Assembly (NCBI GenBank): GCA_049570475.1
Contig: CP186953.1
Location: forward strand, 960,001-1,024,000
Source of the DNA: Candidatus Methanosuratincola verstraetei
GTDB taxonomy: Archaea > Thermoproteota > Methanomethylicia > Methanomethylicales > Methanomethylicaceae
DNA: 64,000 nucleotides
Reading direction: 5' to 3'
Position numbers and translations under genes: made by a program. Of this stretch, positions 47,879 through 57,060 are shown piece after piece (within the stretch, counting starts at the first letter, position 1; each line of letters begins with the position of its first letter). A model generated the notes under the pieces. That model was not told the origin of the DNA. It was given only the letters and a program-made list of their open reading frames with translations, and ran no database searches.

Positions 47879-48565
47879 TCAGCTCCTGCTGAGGATCCTG
47901 ACCCCCGCGCCGTCCCCAAGGTATGCGCAGTGTGCCAGCCCGACGAAGAGGCCCACCTCGACCACGCCTGGGACCATCTTGATCTCTATCTCGAGCGCTC
48001 TGGGGTCTATGATCTCCTTGAATGAAGCATCGACTATGAAGTTCCCGTTGTCGGTCACTAGCGGGCCGTCTTTCCTGTCCCCGCCGTCCCTTAGCCTTGG
48101 TTCGCCACCCATCACGGCGATGGCGCGCATTACCTTAGCCCTCGCGAACGGCAGGACTTCCACCGGAAGCGGGAACTTCCCTATCCTCTCGACCAGCTTT
48201 GAGCTGTCCGCTATCACCACGAACCTCTTCGCAGATGAGTCGACGACTTTCTCCTTGGTCAGGGCCGCCCCCCCTCCTTTTATCAGGTTCAGATTGGGGT
48301 CGATCTCGTCGGTCCCGTCCACAGCAAGGTCCAGGGTTGGGTGCTCATCGAGCGTGCTCAGGCGAAGCCCATTCTCGACCGCTAGGTACGCCGACTGGTA
48401 GGATGTCGGGACGCAAATCAAATCCAGGCCCTCTTCCTTGACCCTCTTGCCAAGCAGCCCTATGAAGACCGCAACGGTGGATCCCGTCCCGATCCCGAGC
48501 ACCTGCCCGTCCGACACTTCTTTCAAAGCTGCCTCAGCAGCCCTCAATTTGCCAACTGACGCCAT
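47879..48565 (-). CDS. rpiA: Ribose-5-phosphate isomerase A
   Basis: GIGTGST, DGTDE, IKGGGAALTKEK, TDNGN. Confidence 0.95.
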   Translation of the reverse strand: MASVGKLRAAEAALKEVSDGQVLGIGTGSTVAVFIGLLGKRVKEEGLDLICVPTSYQSAYLAVENGLRLSTLDEHPTLDLAVDGTDEIDPNLNLIKGGGAALTKEKVVDSSAKRFVVIADSSKLVERIGKFPLPVEVLPFARAKVMRAIAVMGGEPRLRDGGDRKDGPLVTDNGNFIVDASFKEIIDPRALEIEIKMVPGVVEVGLFVGLAHCAYLGDGAGVRILSRS

Positions 48566-48690
48566 ACGTTGATCAATCCAAAAGTGATCGGTTGGTGTAT
48601 TTAACCCTAAATTGGATTCTCAGCCTTTTTCCAGCAGCGTGGATAGAACTCATTCCAGGGATAAGTTGAAATTAAAAAAAACAATTGAGC

Positions 48691-49074
48691 TTACTCGATT
48701 CCTATCCTCTTGGTTATCTTTACCAACACGAAGATCACGAAGGCAACGATTATGAATGTTATCACCGCAACCAAGAAGTTCCCGACGCGGAATATCTGGC
48801 TGCCCACGGCCACTTCAAGCGTCGCGAGATCGGACATCCCTGGCAGAGCCAGCCCTATCAGTGGCATCAATATGTCCTTGACAAGCGACTGCGTCAATGC
48901 ACCCAAGTACAAGCCGAGGATGAATGCAACTGCCAGCCCCATGACCTTGTAATTCTTTATGAACTCCTTGAACTCGTTGATAAGGCCCTTGGGTGGCGGC
49001 GGCGGTGGCGGTGCAGGCTTGGGTTCAAGAAGCTTCCTTATTTGTCTCAATTCTTCCAGCATTTCATCTGCCAA
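48691..49074 (-). CDS. mscL: Large-conductance mechanosensitive channel
   Basis: EFKEFI...[35 protein letters not shown]. Confidence 0.9.
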   Translation of the reverse strand: MADEMLEELRQIRKLLEPKPAPPPPPPPKGLINEFKEFIKNYKVMGLAVAFILGLYLGALTQSLVKDILMPLIGLALPGMSDLATLEVAVGSQIFRVGNFLVAVITFIIVAFVIFVLVKITKRIGIE

Positions 49075-49141
49075 ACGAATCCCCCCAAATCCTCTAGGTT
49101 TATTATTGTGGCTTCACATTAATAATGCCTGTGCATTGGCT

Positions 49142-49597
49142 ATGGCAATCGAGATCGCAACCTTTGGGATGGGTTGCTTCTGGGGCGCCGAGCACACGTT
49201 CAGGAAGGTCAACGGCGTGGTATCGACGGTCGTGGGCTACATGGGCGGGAGCTTGGAGGACCCGACATACAAGGACGTCTGCACTGGGAAGACCGGGCAC
49301 GCTGAGGTCGTTCAGGTCTTCTACGACCCTGAGAAGGTCTCCTACGAGCAGCTCCTGGAAGTCTTTTGGGAAAACCACGACCCAACGACGCTCAACCGGC
49401 AGGGGCCCGACGTTGGCAGCCAGTACCGTTCAGTGATCTTTTACCACACCCCTCAGCAGAGGGAGGCTGCATTGAAGATGAAAAACCAGCTTGAGCGTTC
49501 TGGCAGGTTCGGAAGGCCCATAGTAACCGAGATCGTGCCCGCAGCCAAGTTCTACAGGGCGGAAGAGTACCACCAGAAGTACTTAGATAGGCACTGA
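49142..49597 (+). CDS. msrA: Peptide methionine sulfoxide reductase A
   Basis: [30 protein letters not shown]. Confidence 0.96.
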   Translation: MAIEIATFGMGCFWGAEHTFRKVNGVVSTVVGYMGGSLEDPTYKDVCTGKTGHAEVVQVFYDPEKVSYEQLLEVFWENHDPTTLNRQGPDVGSQYRSVIFYHTPQQREAALKMKNQLERSGRFGRPIVTEIVPAAKFYRAEEYHQKYLDRH

Positions 49598-49945
49598 TCC
49601 AGCAATTATTAATTGTTTTTTTATTTAACAATTAAACAGTAATCCAAAAAATAAAAAAAGTTTTTATCCCTTCTCTTGGAAGTATTAATCGGGGGCTGGT
49701 CAGGAACCTGGCCGGCTAGTGGGTGTGGGGCAGTTTAAAGTGAGGTTCAAATTCATACGTGAGACTGGGACTTATGTTGACATATACTTCATGTCCCAGT
49801 GTGCAACAGGTCAGGATCAACGGACAGCATATGAAATGTCATTCCTCGAGGCGTGAACCTGGGATTTTGCTGGCATTCTGATCCTAACTCAGCACAGTTT
49901 TTATCAGTTGTTACTGCATTCCATTAATCGGACCGGTCGTTTCAT

Positions 49946-50098
49946 ATGGACATTCTGAGGCTCGTGATGATCTCTGCCTTTCTCTTCATACTGTTGCTCT
50001 TTGTGAGCGGGACAATTGAGCGGCCTGAGATCGGGGTGCCGTCTTTCATTGCAGGTTTCGCTTGCGCACTCCTGTTGCTAAAGATCTTGCGGAGATGA
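49946..50098 (+). CDS. Putative small 2-TM protein (50 aa), absent from the ORF track
   Basis: MDILRLVMISAFLFILLLFVSGTIERPEIGVPSFIAGFACALLLLKILRR*. Confidence 0.5.
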   Translation: MDILRLVMISAFLFILLLFVSGTIERPEIGVPSFIAGFACALLLLKILRR

Positions 50099-50302
50099 AT
50101 GCAGGTCTCGGCGCCATTTGGGCGCCTGCATCCAAGTGAGGTTAGTGAACCTGGCTTCGGCCGCACGGCATTTTGCATAGTGGTTCTCAAAAACTCAATC
50201 GCCCAATCTGCCAAATTCCGTTCCACGAAGCTTTTTTTATTGACTTGGCCGAGAGACGCCTGCTAGGCCTGCAGAAAATGTGTTGCCAACCAAAATGCCA
50301 AA

Positions 50303-50379
50303 TGGAGCCTTAGGGGGGATTTGAACCCCCGACCAACGGTTTACGAAACCGTCGCTCTGCCGGGCTGAGCCACTAAGGC
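50303..50379 (-). tRNA. tRNA-Thr(CGT)
   Basis: ACGGT-TTCGTAA-ACCGT arm; CCA. Confidence 0.95.
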
Positions 50380-50461
50380 GTTCCCATCGGTCTAAAGCAA
50401 TGCCAAAAAATAAATCCTTTTCCATACTTCTTGTAAGCGCAGATTCTCTGGAGGCTTCTGG

Positions 50462-51469
50462 ATGGCGCGTCCGCGTGCAGGAGACATCGGGGAGAGGGGT
50501 CTGATCGAGATGATCTGGGATCTGGTCGACCGGGAGCTCCCGGGCTCGAAATCCGGAAGCGCGCTGCCTCACCCCGACGACGCCTCTGCTGTAACCCTGC
50601 CAGACGGCCGTTACCTTGTCCTCAAGACTGACATGTTCGTTAGGAGGACCGATGCCCCTCGGGGGATGCGCCACTCCCAGATGGGGAGGAAGTCGGTCGT
50701 GATGTGCGCGAGCGACCTCGCAGCCAAGGGTGCAAAGCCGCACGCGTTCATGCATTCGATGGGGATCCCGCCGGGCTACCGTCCAGGTAGAGTTATGGAG
50801 CTTATGCGAGGGGTGCTCTCCGCCTGCAAAGATTATGGGATGTCTTTCCTCGGGGGGGACTTGGGCGAGTCCAAAGACCTCATTGTGGCGGGCGTCGCGG
50901 TAGGATTTGCCGACAGAATCGTGAGGAGATCCGGAGCCCTTCCGGGCGACCTCTTGGCAGTGACTGGGCCATTCGGCGATACCGCTTCGGCATTCGAGAT
51001 CCTCCTGAAAGGCAGGTCAGCCCCCGCGCCTCTCAGGAGAAGGCTGCTGAGGAGTGTCTACCATCCGAGGGCAAGGGTTGATCTGGGGGTCGCACTAGCC
51101 GGTACCGGGGCTGTGACCTCTTCGATGGACTCGAGCGACGGGCTTGCCTTCACCCTCCACGAGCTTGCAAGATCCAGCGGGGTCCGCCTCCTGCTCTCCA
51201 AGGTCCCAGTCTCCAGCGCTGCCGAGGAGTTTGCCTCTATCCACCAGATCCCTGCTGAGGATCTTGCGCTCTACGGCGGAGAGGAATACGAGATCGTCCT
51301 CACGATCAAGCCGGAGGCGCTTGACATGGCTCAGTTGGCTGCTGCGAGATGCGGGTCCCGCCTCCTGCTCATAGGCAGGGTTGAGGAGGGGAGAGGAGTC
51401 GCCTTGAGCGACGGATCCGTGGAGCGCCCCATCGAGGCTAAGGGATGGGAACACCTGAGGCATCCGTAG
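50462..51469 (+). CDS. thiL: Thiamine-monophosphate kinase
   Basis: GERGLI, DDA, SDLAAKGA, GGD, DSSDGL, GGEEYE. Confidence 0.93.
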   Translation: MARPRAGDIGERGLIEMIWDLVDRELPGSKSGSALPHPDDASAVTLPDGRYLVLKTDMFVRRTDAPRGMRHSQMGRKSVVMCASDLAAKGAKPHAFMHSMGIPPGYRPGRVMELMRGVLSACKDYGMSFLGGDLGESKDLIVAGVAVGFADRIVRRSGALPGDLLAVTGPFGDTASAFEILLKGRSAPAPLRRRLLRSVYHPRARVDLGVALAGTGAVTSSMDSSDGLAFTLHELARSSGVRLLLSKVPVSSAAEEFASIHQIPAEDLALYGGEEYEIVLTIKPEALDMAQLAAARCGSRLLLIGRVEEGRGVALSDGSVERPIEAKGWEHLRHP

Positions 51470-51484
51470 GGGCTGTCTGGCAAG

Positions 51485-53188
51485 ATGCGCGTCCTCATAA
51501 TTGACGGGTACACCGACGAGCCTGCTGGGCTGGGCGTACCGCCTTTCATAGACATCTACCCCAGGTACGTTGCCGGCGCGGTATGGGCTGCCGAACCCGG
51601 TGCCGAAGTCCTCTACGTGACGATAGATGAGGCCAGGCTGGACCCTGATAAGCTCAAAAGCTTGTCTTTCTCCTCGGATCTCTCTGTCCTCATAGCCGGG
51701 GTGACTGTTCCGGGCAAGTACCTCTCAGGGGCCCCTGCAACCCACAACGACGCGGTCCGGATCCCTGGGCTGCTCGGCTCCAAATATAAAGCGATATGCG
51801 GTCCAGCTGTGCGATTCGGCTTTGGTCGGGGCGGTTGCAGCAGGAGCGTCGCAAGGGACCTCTCCGACCTCTACGACTTTGTGATCACCGGGGATCCCGA
51901 GGTTGTCTTGCATCGCCTTGTAAAGGAGAACTTCAGCGAGCGGGTGGACCTCGACTCAGTCCGAGACAGCGCGGGCAGTTCGGACGCCTTTGCCGAGCGC
52001 GGTGCCAGGATTATCAGGCAGCACCCGTTCTTCCCGGACGGGCTGGTCTGCGAGATTGAGACCTACCGGGGCTGCCCGAGGTCTGTTCTAGGGGGGTGCT
52101 CCTTCTGCACCGAGCCGCTCCACGGCTACCCTGAGTTCAGGACCGTGAGGGGGATCGCCCGCGAGGTGGCTGCCCTCCACTCCGAGGGGGCTGTCAACTT
52201 CAGGATCGGGAGGCAGCCTGACCTTCTCGTTTATGGATCGAGGGACAAGGGTCTCGCATGCCCTGCGCCGAACCCTTCGGCATTACGCCGGCTCTTCTCC
52301 TCGATCCGGCGTGCTGCCCCATCCCTCCGGGTCCTCCACATTGACAATTGCAACCCTGCCACGATAGCAGAGCACCCCGAGCTCTCTGAGGAGGCGCTAA
52401 AGGAGGTCGTGAAGTACCACACGCCCGGTGACACAGCCGCGCTGGGCATAGAGTCTGTTGACGAGGAGGTCATCAGGAGGAACAACCTGAAGGTCGATTA
52501 CGAGGGTGCAATGAGGGCGATCTCTCTGATAAACCGTATCGGGGCGGAGAGGGGTGAGAACGGAATGCCACACCTCCTCCCCGGGCTAAATTTCGTCTAT
52601 GGCCTGCCGGGGGAAACCAAAAAAACATACGAAGAGAACTTCGAGTTCATGAAGGAAGCGCTGGACTCAGGGCTGCTCTTCAGGCGCGTAAACCTGAGGC
52701 AGGTGATGGTCATGCCCTCGACGAGGATGGAGTCAGCTGGCGACTACCTGGTCAGGAGGCACCGCCACCTCTTCCTCTCCCACAAGCTCAAGGTGAGGCA
52801 AGAGATCGACCTCCCCATGATGAAGCGCGTCGTTCCCGCATTCACCGTCCTAAGGTCAGTCCGGACAGAGCTCGTCCAGGGCGGCATGACTTGGGGGCGC
52901 CAGGTAGGGTCATACCCCGTGCTCGTAGGGATACCGCGGCAGCTCGAGGTGGGGCGATTCATAGATGTCTTGGTGCTCTCGCATGGTCCGAGGTCAGTCG
53001 GGGGGCTGCGGTCCCCGGTCCGGATAAACGAGCTCGAGCTGAGGGAGCTCGAGGGGATACCTGGGGTGGGCGCGAGGAGGGCTGCATCGATAGTGCTGAG
53101 CCGCCCCTTCAAAGATCTCGAGTCCTTCATGAAAATGTTTGGCGATGTCCCAGAGCTCGCTCGGATTGCGCAATTCATCGAGTTCTGA
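51485..53188 (+). CDS. Radical SAM protein with C-terminal HhH (COG1031-like)
   Basis: IIDGYTDEPAGLGVPP, ETYRGCPRSVLGGCSFC, LEGIPGVGARRA. Confidence 0.88.
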   Translation: MRVLIIDGYTDEPAGLGVPPFIDIYPRYVAGAVWAAEPGAEVLYVTIDEARLDPDKLKSLSFSSDLSVLIAGVTVPGKYLSGAPATHNDAVRIPGLLGSKYKAICGPAVRFGFGRGGCSRSVARDLSDLYDFVITGDPEVVLHRLVKENFSERVDLDSVRDSAGSSDAFAERGARIIRQHPFFPDGLVCEIETYRGCPRSVLGGCSFCTEPLHGYPEFRTVRGIAREVAALHSEGAVNFRIGRQPDLLVYGSRDKGLACPAPNPSALRRLFSSIRRAAPSLRVLHIDNCNPATIAEHPELSEEALKEVVKYHTPGDTAALGIESVDEEVIRRNNLKVDYEGAMRAISLINRIGAERGENGMPHLLPGLNFVYGLPGETKKTYEENFEFMKEALDSGLLFRRVNLRQVMVMPSTRMESAGDYLVRRHRHLFLSHKLKVRQEIDLPMMKRVVPAFTVLRSVRTELVQGGMTWGRQVGSYPVLVGIPRQLEVGRFIDVLVLSHGPRSVGGLRSPVRINELELRELEGIPGVGARRAASIVLSRPFKDLESFMKMFGDVPELARIAQFIEF

Positions 53189-53227
53189 GACAAAACCCTT
53201 TAATCCGATGCAGTCAACTCATTACCT

Positions 53228-53683
53228 ATGGAGATCAAGAAAATACTCGCGCCTGTGGACGGGTCGCCTGCTACCAGAATGGTTATTGAGTGGGCGTGCC
53301 ACTTCGCGAAGACATTCGGATCCGAGCTGCTACTGCTCCACGTTGTCTCGATCCCGCCGGTCTCGGACGTGGGAGGGATCCAGGTCGCAGCCAAGGAGCT
53401 GGAGGAGGCAGGGCAGTCGATACTCAACAGCGCCGTTAAGGCTGCCGAGGAGAGGTCCGTGGTACCGACCGCAATACTCGATTTCTCAGTCGGGAACGCG
53501 GGGATGCGCATCGTCCAGCTGGCGAAGGAGAAGTCCGCTGACATGATCGTGATAGGCGCACGTGGGCAGAGCAGGATTCGGGCGCTGCTGATGGGGAGCG
53601 TCGCCAACAGCGTGGTGAACAACGCCCCATGCCCCGTCTTCGTCGTGAGGCCATGCGTAGATCAGGAGACATCCGGGCAATAG
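53228..53683 (+). CDS. Universal stress protein
   Basis: KKILAPVDGS, ADMIVIGARG, LMGSVA, APCPV. Confidence 0.93.
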   Translation: MEIKKILAPVDGSPATRMVIEWACHFAKTFGSELLLLHVVSIPPVSDVGGIQVAAKELEEAGQSILNSAVKAAEERSVVPTAILDFSVGNAGMRIVQLAKEKSADMIVIGARGQSRIRALLMGSVANSVVNNAPCPVFVVRPCVDQETSGQ

Positions 53684-53696
53684 GCGGGTTTTCTGC

Positions 53697-54464
53697 TTGG
53701 ATCTCGCGCAAGCTGCCTTGTTGGGCATAGTCCAGGGAATAACTGAGTGGCTCCCGATCTCAAGCTCCGGGCACCTCGTGCTCCTCCAGGAGATGATGGG
53801 GGTTAGGGCACCGCTCTCCTTCGATCTCGTCCTCCACCTCGGGACGCTGGTGGCAGTCTGCGCATACTTCAGGAAGGAACTGGTCGGGATTGCCCGTCCC
53901 GTCCTGGCATTGGAGACCAAGTCGGAGGGATTCAAAACCGCGGTGCTTATCGCAATAGGCACGGTGCCTGCCTTCTTGGCAGGCTTCCTGCTGAGCGACC
54001 TATTCGAGGGCCTCTTCCAGAGCCTCTTCGCTGTGGGCATAGGCTTCCTCATCACTGCGTCTTTCTTGGCGCTCACGAGGATCGGCAAAGGGAAAAGGGA
54101 AGTGGACGGATCGAGGGCCCTGCTGATAGGTGCTTTCCAGGCTGCTGCGATCGCACCGGGCGTCTCTAGGAGCGGCATGACCATTTCCTCGGCGCTCATT
54201 TCCGGTGTCGAGAAGGGTTCCGCCTTCAGGTTCTCCTTCCTCTTATCGATCCCCGTGATCCTGGGCGCATCCGTATTCGAGCTTCTAGGGAGCCCGATTG
54301 AGTCGTTCGGATTTGAATACATGGTCGGTTTCTCGGTTTCTGCCCTTGTCGGGTTCGCCTCCATTGGGGTGGTGAAGCGGACAGTCCTCTCGGATCGTTT
54401 CTACCTGTTCTCAGTCTACTGCGCAGTGCTAGGCGTCGCTCTTCTGATATATGCGCTGGCTTGA
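53697..54464 (+). CDS. uppP: Polyprenyl-diphosphate phosphatase (BacA/UppP)
   Basis: QGITEWLPISSSGH, PGVSRSG, FSFLLSIP. Confidence 0.93.
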   Translation: MDLAQAALLGIVQGITEWLPISSSGHLVLLQEMMGVRAPLSFDLVLHLGTLVAVCAYFRKELVGIARPVLALETKSEGFKTAVLIAIGTVPAFLAGFLLSDLFEGLFQSLFAVGIGFLITASFLALTRIGKGKREVDGSRALLIGAFQAAAIAPGVSRSGMTISSALISGVEKGSAFRFSFLLSIPVILGASVFELLGSPIESFGFEYMVGFSVSALVGFASIGVVKRTVLSDRFYLFSVYCAVLGVALLIYALA

Positions 54465-54493
54465 ATCATTAAAAATTGAATTGTTGTATGTCC

Positions 54494-54535
54494 GAAAGAG
54501 CTCCACTGCTTTGGCGGGGCTAGGAGAGTATTTCA
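54494..54535 (+). repeat. Solitary IS200/IS605 right-end-like motif
   Basis: GAAAGAGCTCCACTGCTTTGGCGGGGCTAGGAGAGTATTTCA resembles 42827-42860. Confidence 0.35.
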
Positions 54536-54543
54536 GTTGCTGG

Positions 54544-54855
54544 TCAGACCCTGTGCAGCTCGAGCTTCCTTCCCTCGAAGAAAGCTGAGATCATCTTCTC
54601 CTTCCCGCTCTCAACCAGCCGCCAGATCGTGTTCCTGGATACCCCCATAATCATGCCCGCCTCATCATAAGAGAGCTTCTCAAGCTCCACCAGCCGCATA
54701 GCCTCGAGCTCAGCTAGGTCGAGCTCGATCGGGGGCGCCCTCTCGCCTGGAACTGGAACCAGCGCCTCTGCCTCCGGGACCTTGGCGATGTTGACGTTCT
54801 TCGGTCTCCTCCCTACGCAACCCCTCCTGCATCGTTCGCAGAAACCCCGCGGCAT
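54544..54855 (-). CDS. DUF134 sigma4-like HTH protein
   Basis: ELEAMRLVELEKLSYDEAGMIMGVSRNTIWRLVESG. Confidence 0.88.
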   Translation of the reverse strand: MPRGFCERCRRGCVGRRPKNVNIAKVPEAEALVPVPGERAPPIELDLAELEAMRLVELEKLSYDEAGMIMGVSRNTIWRLVESGKEKMISAFFEGRKLELHRV

Positions 54856-54900
54856 GAATATGTGATCTATCACACAACTATAAATCGCTTATGGAAAAAA

Positions 54901-55305
54901 TCATGGGTAGGAGATCTTGTGCTTCACGACCGTGCCCCTGTCAGTCAACAGGTACAGGAAGTAGTCTGCCCCCTCCGGATCTAGGCTGAACCCGACGGGG
55001 ATGTAGGACTGGGAATTGGCTGCGACTTGCCTGAATGGGGAAAATTCTTTCGAGGCGACGGTGATGCCTGACTGTATCTTTACCAGACTGGCCGACTTTA
55101 TGCTTACCTGCTGGTCAAGCGAAGAGGTCACATTGACCCCGACGAGGGTATTGGTTCTCCTGTTCAGCTCAACACCGCTGACGGTGATCCTGGTCTCCTC
55201 CACCAGTGCTGCCTGCTGACCCTTGAGGTAGATCACGGCAGCCGCCGATATGATGACCCCTGCAATCACCACCGCGATTATTGCTGCTGCGCGCCTGGAG
55301 ACCAT
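54901..55305 (-). CDS. N-terminally anchored beta-rich extracellular protein
   Basis: One N-terminal TM/signal followed by Ig-like strands. Confidence 0.65.
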   Translation of the reverse strand: MVSRRAAAIIAVVIAGVIISAAAVIYLKGQQAALVEETRITVSGVELNRRTNTLVGVNVTSSLDQQVSIKSASLVKIQSGITVASKEFSPFRQVAANSQSYIPVGFSLDPEGADYFLYLLTDRGTVVKHKISYP

Positions 55306-55316
55306 TCTAATGCCTC

Positions 55317-56108
55317 CTAGTGGAGGAAGGGGCCCCCTGTCAGCACCTGGATTATCGCCGGTATCAGGGCAACCGTCCCGATTACTGCGAACACTAGGGC
55401 GACCGTCACAAGCTTCTTCATCGCTTCGTTCCCCACAGCCTCCATTTCGCTGACCTTGAGGGTGTAGTGCCTAACCACGAACCCCCAGAGAACGAGCGCG
55501 ATGGAGAGCCCATAGCTGACTATCACGACTAGGAACATCGGGGCGTCGTGGAACACGAAACAGTACGGGCATGGCACTGGCGACGTCTCGGTGAATACAG
55601 TTCTGCAGCATGGCACAGTCACAGGGCTCACCGTGAAGTAGAAAGCAAGGTCGAGGATTGTGTCCAGTAGCAGAAGCGGCACCAGCAGTATGAATATCTT
55701 CGAGAGGGACGGAAGCAGCGGGCTCCCCTTGACCCGCCGGTTGAGGAGGTCCAGCACAAGCCAGATCCCGTATGCGAAGATCACAACGAGCTTGACCCCT
55801 GTGTCTATCCAGGAGTAGGGGCTCCCTGCCTGGCTGACCCCGAACTGGCACATAGCGCCTGGTATGAGCGGTATCAGGCTCTCGTTCGTCGCCCAGAAGA
55901 GCCCGCTCGCGACTATCCTGGAGACGAGTATTACCCAAACAACGGTCGAGAGGAGGTAGTAGTTCTTCTCGAGGATGTACTTCTCCTCGAGCCCAGCCCT
56001 GGAGATCCTCTTGTTGATCGTGTAGGCCTTCCCTGAGGCATAAACGACCAGCGCCAAGCCAAATATGCCCAGCACTGTCATAACCGTCGTTAGTGGAGTC
56101 CAAATCAT
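55317..56108 (-). CDS. Multi-TM protein with IPGAMC and VPCC/CPYC motifs
   Basis: LEEKYILEKNYYL, IPGAMCQFG, VTVPCC..CPYC. Confidence 0.75.
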   Translation of the reverse strand: MIWTPLTTVMTVLGIFGLALVVYASGKAYTINKRISRAGLEEKYILEKNYYLLSTVVWVILVSRIVASGLFWATNESLIPLIPGAMCQFGVSQAGSPYSWIDTGVKLVVIFAYGIWLVLDLLNRRVKGSPLLPSLSKIFILLVPLLLLDTILDLAFYFTVSPVTVPCCRTVFTETSPVPCPYCFVFHDAPMFLVVIVSYGLSIALVLWGFVVRHYTLKVSEMEAVGNEAMKKLVTVALVFAVIGTVALIPAIIQVLTGGPFLH

Positions 56109-56248
56109 ATCTTACTTCGCCTTCCACTTTTATGATGTTGAGCGTCGTATAAAGGTGTAGTGCTGGGTCTCTTGGAATTGAACCCTGAAAACAAAGTAGG
56201 GAGTGGAAGGTTTATTTGTGGTCAAAAGAATCTATATTTGACCGGAAA

Positions 56249-56731
56249 ATGAGACAGGTCTCACAACCCCTCAGGGCAATGTTCGTGGTGCTGACTGTGT
56301 CGACCGTAGGCGTGGTTGCCCTGCTGGCGGTTTTCCTGAGCGCCCACCCTTACTTCAGCCCATTCCAGCCCGTCGTGCTTCCTAGGGGATGGATCGATCA
56401 GCAGACCTACGTCTCGGAGAACTTCACTATTGTCAAGGGGCAGACCGTCAAGGATATCTTCGGCTATGCTGGAGCGGGCGGCCAGTCTATAATGGTTCTC
56501 GGAGTCCAACCCCTCGCGATAAGGCAGGTAGGCAACATCGACGTCAAGTTCAATGGGATATCCCTCGGCGAGACTTACATAAACCAGACGCTAGTAGTTA
56601 ACACTTCGATAGCCTCCTGCTGCTTCGTGACGCTCATACAGGCGGGCGTGGACAATGTCGTCGAGATAACGTCCAAGGGGTTCGAGGGGGACTTCAGGTA
56701 CCTGATAATAATACCGACGGGGGGGCGTTGA
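56249..56731 (+). CDS. Membrane-anchored hypothetical protein with SCC motif
   Basis: N-terminal TM; IASCCFV. Confidence 0.65.
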   Translation: MRQVSQPLRAMFVVLTVSTVGVVALLAVFLSAHPYFSPFQPVVLPRGWIDQQTYVSENFTIVKGQTVKDIFGYAGAGGQSIMVLGVQPLAIRQVGNIDVKFNGISLGETYINQTLVVNTSIASCCFVTLIQAGVDNVVEITSKGFEGDFRYLIIIPTGGR

Positions 56732-57055
56732 GTGAGGAGGGTGCTTTTGCTACCTGTTCTTGCAATCGTCTTGACCGCTGCACTCGTCTCTGTTTCGATC
56801 TACAGCGAGAGCCAGTGGTCGATGCGGGAGTACGATAGGGCGCTCCGGGAGGTGGTGTCTCTCCCGAGCATTGCGATTGGTACGAATTACGAAGGGACGA
56901 GGAACCCGCTGATCGAGGTCTTCGTGAGGTCCATGTATGACGTGCCTGGCGGCTACGACTACATTGTCTCTTCTAGTTTCATAGACACGCCGACGCGGCT
57001 CAGAGATTTCAGGGAGACGATCCCGGGGTTCAATTTCACTGCTGTTAAGGGATGA
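56732..57055 (+). CDS. Small secreted/anchored hypothetical protein
   Basis: Signal/TM; LPSIAIGTNYEGTRNP; abuts both neighbours. Confidence 0.65.
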   Translation: MRRVLLLPVLAIVLTAALVSVSIYSESQWSMREYDRALREVVSLPSIAIGTNYEGTRNPLIEVFVRSMYDVPGGYDYIVSSSFIDTPTRLRDFRETIPGFNFTAVKG

Positions 57056-57060
57056 GATGC

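Noticed and set aside
49720-49856. Short plus-strand ORF (about 40 aa) after msrA
   Set aside because: No motif or coupling to support it
47541-50379. Two near-identical tRNA-Thr genes as attL/attR of an island
   Set aside because: Both are complete with different anticodons, and the enclosed genes are housekeeping
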